DNA of 64,000 bases, from the NCBI GenBank assembly GCA_964035545.1, contig OZ037765.1, positions 12,782,698 through 12,846,697 of the forward strand, read 5' to 3'. This document shows, piece by piece, positions 59,801 to 64,000 of this stretch; the first letter of the stretch is position 1, and the number at the start of each line of letters is the position of its first letter. The position numbers were made by a program, and so were the translations under genes. The notes under the pieces are model-generated. The model ran no database searches. It saw only the letters and a program-made list of their open reading frames with translations, and was not told the DNA's origin. The stretch comes from Bugula neritina. Its lineage: Eukaryota; Animalia; Bryozoa.

Positions 59801-60200
59801 GCACTAATTATTTGTTTGTAGTTTAACTAAAAACCAAGCAACAAGGCCTAAATACAAGGAACTACTGGTAAGCTCATTTATACAATTATTATAAAGTGTT
59901 GGGGAATCATTAATGTGGTTATGGTGATGAGATGTGCTGACGAGAGCAATGTCTTGTGATAATGAGTCATTACTTGATTATGGGCTTTCAATTTTATGAA
60001 CTTACAAATTAGAGCCATTTTATCCTTAGGGTCTGCTTTGCCAGCCTTTAAATACGGTGTATAACTTCCTCACTTGGCATGTTATCTTTTAGGAAATGCC
60101 GTTTATCAGCAAACAAACAGATTGGGATGTAGCAGAGTATGTCAACAGTGTTCTTAACCAAATGCCACAAGACTTTCTCAGTGAACCTACATTATCATAG
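53848..60200 (+). CDS. MAP2K4: Dual-specificity MAP kinase kinase 4, ~401 aa; exons 53848-53866, 55283-55487, 55906-55975, 56543-56656, 56789-56908, 57830-57949, 58370-58421, 58529-58656, 59135-59212, 59493-59638, 59822-59867, 60093-60200
   Basis: D-site GKRTKLKLN, GKLKISPDQ, GRGNFG, MAVKRIRSTVDEKEQ, HRDVKPSN, activation loop DSIAKTQDAGCRPYMAPER, PYPKWNSVFDQLTQVV. Phases are consistent (1206 nt). Confidence 0.95.
57418..57690. mobile_element. Diverged single-arm copy of the Kolobok-like fold-back element
   Basis: AAACAATTTTGTTTTATGATGATTTTTGTGC and TTAGCTGCTGCAACACACAGTTTAATCACTGA align with the left arm of 29462-29770. Confidence 0.7.
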
Positions 60201-60959
60201 TTGCAAATTCAGTGTTATCAATGAGACCATAACCAACACCATCTCACCACCTGCATGTCCCTCACCATTCTATAGTTGACAATGTGTGTTAGACATTTCA
60301 TTGTGCAAAATGAATGCTTCAGCCATAGATTTGTGTGATTTTATGAGTTGGCTAGCAGTAGTTTCCTCGGTGAGGTTGGTAGAAAAATGTGGATATTATT
60401 TAGTCTCTATTATGACCAAGAATATAAATTTTAGTAAGATGGATGCAAATATGTTAAGAACAAGATATATTAGAATAACACTTAGACTTACACAATGAGG
60501 TTTCTTTAAATGATCTATGACACAAACTAATCTTGATGCGTTGAAAATATTCTATTTGATTATGATGGAAATGTGTAATGACTCAACTTAAAATTTATGT
60601 GAAGAATTAAATTGAGAGTATTTGAAGAGATTTTGAAAGAAGCCAACATCAATGCACTTTTGTCATATTTAGATTATTTTGTATAGTTTTTTCATGAAAC
60701 CGAGTTGATCATGCTAGTTATTTTAGAACAAATATGTATTTTCAAGTTTTCTTAACTTTTATTATTTATCAACTGTGTGAAGATTATTATGGTATATTAA
60801 AATAAATTAATATACTACCAAACGTAGAGCAGTGTATAATCCATAAGTGGCATAGTGGAAAGTATTTACTTTATAGTAATATTGGAATTTTACAGCATAT
60901 TAAACAGGAAATTGTATAGAGTTTTATAGAACATAAATGAGATGAGGCAGCTCTTCAAT

Positions 60960-63804
60960 TCAGGAATTCATGCTAAAAAATGTCACATTGAAGCCACGCC
61001 CAGCACCTGTGCCATCTGTGATGAACCTGAGAGTCATCCGATGACCTGCAAGCATTGAAGGAAATTTGAATATTTGATCTTAATACACAACTCAATCTGT
61101 GTACAGCAGCTGTTTCAGGGGTTGTTCCCTTCACAGACCACAGAGTACCACTTCTCACACCTTGGTAATTGCAGAAACTTATACATTTTTCTACTAAAGA
61201 TTATAAAAAAGGGCGAATTCATATCCCAAAACGTCATTCTTGAGCAGAAAGTGAGAGCAATATAACTGAATCTGTGTATGTATGTTGATATAGAGCCGGT
61301 TTATACAGGAAAAACCATACGGATCATAGACTATTAAAGAATACATAGTTGCATTATCTAAGTAATGAAGGGCTCAGCTGTGACACATAATGAAAAACAA
61401 TTCCTCTAGAATCCCCAATGAGCAAGCATGCTTAAATTAAATATAAATGTAGTGCAGGAAATTTCAAAACCATATTAGCATCTTTATGTAACTCAAAGCA
61501 TTATTAGAAATTGATTAGCTTTTGTCCCAAAGCTTCAATTGGTATATATTTACTCTGCAGTAAAAACAAAAAAAAAACCCAGTCTTGGGGGCTAAATGTA
61601 ATAAATTGTATTAGGGTTATACACAAATATTTAGTTGCAGTGTAATGCAATGACGTCATATAGCATATTTCTAACATGTTGTGCATATACATTAGTTTAC
61701 ATACAGCATGTTATTGTCAAATACACTTCATTGTATTAAATATGAACTTGTATGCCAGTTTCAAACAAGGTTCCATTTGTTTATCTTACCAGAACTAACG
61801 ACTGTTCCATGATTAGATTGATCACCACAGAGTGTTCGCAGCAGCCGAGCTCGTTTGTTTCTACCATCATAAATCTCTAGTCTATCAAACTTGCAGCCAC
61901 CAGTGAACTCAATATCCACATCCACAAAGTCAAGGACTATGACTTTCCCTTTGCTGGTGCTTAGTTTCCAAATGCAATGGCTGTGAGGCTTATAAAGTGT
62001 TGGGTAGCCCGGAGTGCTTATTTCACCACTACCAAGCAAATTATACTGACATGCTTCTACAATTGTAATGTCAATATAAGTGATATGTAGACGTGTTATT
62101 TATATACTAATTATGTCCACAAGCAACTAGAAGTAAATAATCAATATAATTTTAGCATATAATAGTTTATTTTATTATATAGGTTCACAGATTATAACTC
62201 GCCATATCATCTGTTACTATTGGTGGTAATGAAATATAGAAATACAATTGTAGCAAATTCTATGTATTAAGAGGTTGATGCCTACAACTATATAAATACC
62301 TGTCTGTTTTAAAGTTGAATAATACTCGGCAATGAAGAATGGGAGACGAGACAAAAGTGTTGTGTTTGTATACTGGAAGATGGTAATAGAACTACCAGCT
62401 GCCACCTCATAGTCATTGACATTGTCACATAAACGGTGGAGGAGATTCTGTCAACAGTTTAAACCATACTGTCACCAACAGCAGTAAACTTATGCAACAC
62501 TATAAGTACCAATTAATACACCACTATCAAATACCTCATGCAACTAGGTAAATTCAAACATAGATATCTGTCTTATACTAAGATTCGAAAAAATCAATAG
62601 ACTAAAATGGTCAAAACACAATATTCTACATACAAAATGAAAGATATTTTTTAAAAATTGAGAAATTAGATTTAATATACACCATTTACACCTAGAATAT
62701 GCATTCTACTTCTCACATGAAACTAAAACACCTATAATATACACCTGTAAACGTAAACCAGAATTCATGCTTTCTAACCTTGTTGGATTTAATTTCTAAG
62801 TAATTCAAAGAGCAATTTCCGGGGAATGGCATTATGAGTTTCGTAATGGTCAGAGTTATCTTTTGGTCAGCTTGAACTACACGATATGAACAGAGATTAA
62901 AGGGTTCAGAACTAGAAATTATTTTTCCTGCACTAGTTGTAAGCTCTTGGTGACAATAATCTACAAAAAATAGTGATATAAATTACAACTGCTGGACACA
63001 AGCTAAAATTTCATTGTTAAAATTATAATGCTTACATTTTCATTAAGATACTATCACGGTGTTTTCATGACTGTGTATTATGCGAATGGATGTTCCTATG
63101 AATCATTTTGTGGTTGCGGTTTGCATGAAATTATGGTTGTGGTGTCTTTCGATGCAACTATTTCCAGAAGGCGAGTGAAAAAATCCATTCGAATGATGGA
63201 AAAGCAGTGAACATAACAAAAGCAACAATACTGTTAGTTGGGTTGATCAGCATAGTGAATGTTTTTAACACTGAAATTCTAAGTAACAATGAGGCCAGGC
63301 TATGTTTGTCAAGTGTTACAATTGCCTGATAACCAAATCCAAGTTTAACAATTGGTGAAAATAGTTTCATTACCATTATATATATTAAATTTATATTGCT
63401 ATAAAGCACATCATGAAATATTACAGAAAATTACTGCAGTCTATCAAAGGTAATGATTTATGTTAAACACAACAATCAACTGGTTAATTAGATAGTTGGA
63501 ATGCACAGCTTACCTTTGACCTAACAGCAAATACAAATATTTGATCAAAGATAACTTCTTTAAAAAGTTACAACTACTTTCTAATAGTCAGTTGAAACCA
63601 TAAGACGTAACCATTTAGCAAGTAACAGGTGGCCACTGAATGGTTGGAGTAAACAACAGATAACAGACATGCCTGCTACTTCCACTTTCTTTTCCACACA
63701 CAGTTCTTCTATTAGCTGGTATCCATTGTGACACAGACATTGATAACCTTCAACAGTGTTGATGCAGGTATGGTGGCAAGGTGCATCAGCACATTCATCA
63801 TAGT
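60960..63804 (-). CDS. 3' part of an extracellular EGF-CUB-CUB protein (tolloid/cubilin-like architecture); exons 63804-~63680, 62960-62779, 62447-62300, 62056-61790, 61045-60960; 5' end outside the window
   Basis: Calcium-binding EGF (DYDECADAPCHHTCINTVEGYQCLCHNGYQL), a divergent CUB, and a canonical CUB (GEISTPGYP..CIW..CKFDRLEIYDG..LCG..MTLRFITDGTGAGRGF). The EGF exon donor is uncertain. Confidence 0.8.
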
Positions 63805-64000
63805 CTAGACAGACACACTTGCATTACATGATGACAGAAGCAAGTGTAATGGTATGCTAGTAGTGACTACACTAGAGTATTAGTAAAACAGTCCATGTCA
63901 AGAAAACCTGAGAAGCTGTAAAAGCAATACATACACACCTGCTTCATATACTACTTACAAACACATGAAGTAAAGACAATGTATAAAGAAAAACTATACA

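Overview
AT-rich, intron-containing animal genomic DNA (invertebrate; lophotrochozoan-like by inference, species not determinable). Seven recognisable protein-coding genes were reconstructed by hand from GT-AG sites and reading phase: DYRK2/3-type kinase (-, single coding exon), CCDC24-like (+, 7 coding exons), OAF/out-at-first (-, 3), a divergent nicotinic acetylcholine receptor alpha-type subunit (-, 8), PRPSAP (-, 9), MAP2K4/MKK4 (+, 12), and the 3' part of an EGF-CUB-CUB protein (-, runs off the right edge). There may also be 5' exons of another gene at the left edge. CCDC24 intron 3 holds an intact 8044-bp Bel/Pao LTR retrotransposon with apparently identical 842-bp LTRs, an ATGTA target-site duplication and a 1893-aa gag-pol ORF. 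The most striking observation concerns that element. It has no tRNA-type primer-binding site. Its PBS (GUAAAAACUCUUUCUC) is instead complementary to a sequence in its own LTR: 9 bp in the unspliced RNA, rising to 13 perfect + 3 bp if a 217-nt GT-AG intron inside the LTR is spliced out. This suggests self-primed, possibly splicing-dependent reverse transcription. The window also holds degraded LINE fragments, several MITE/SINE families and 6-bp-periodic low-complexity tracts around promoters. All calls are from reading the sequence; no database searches were run.
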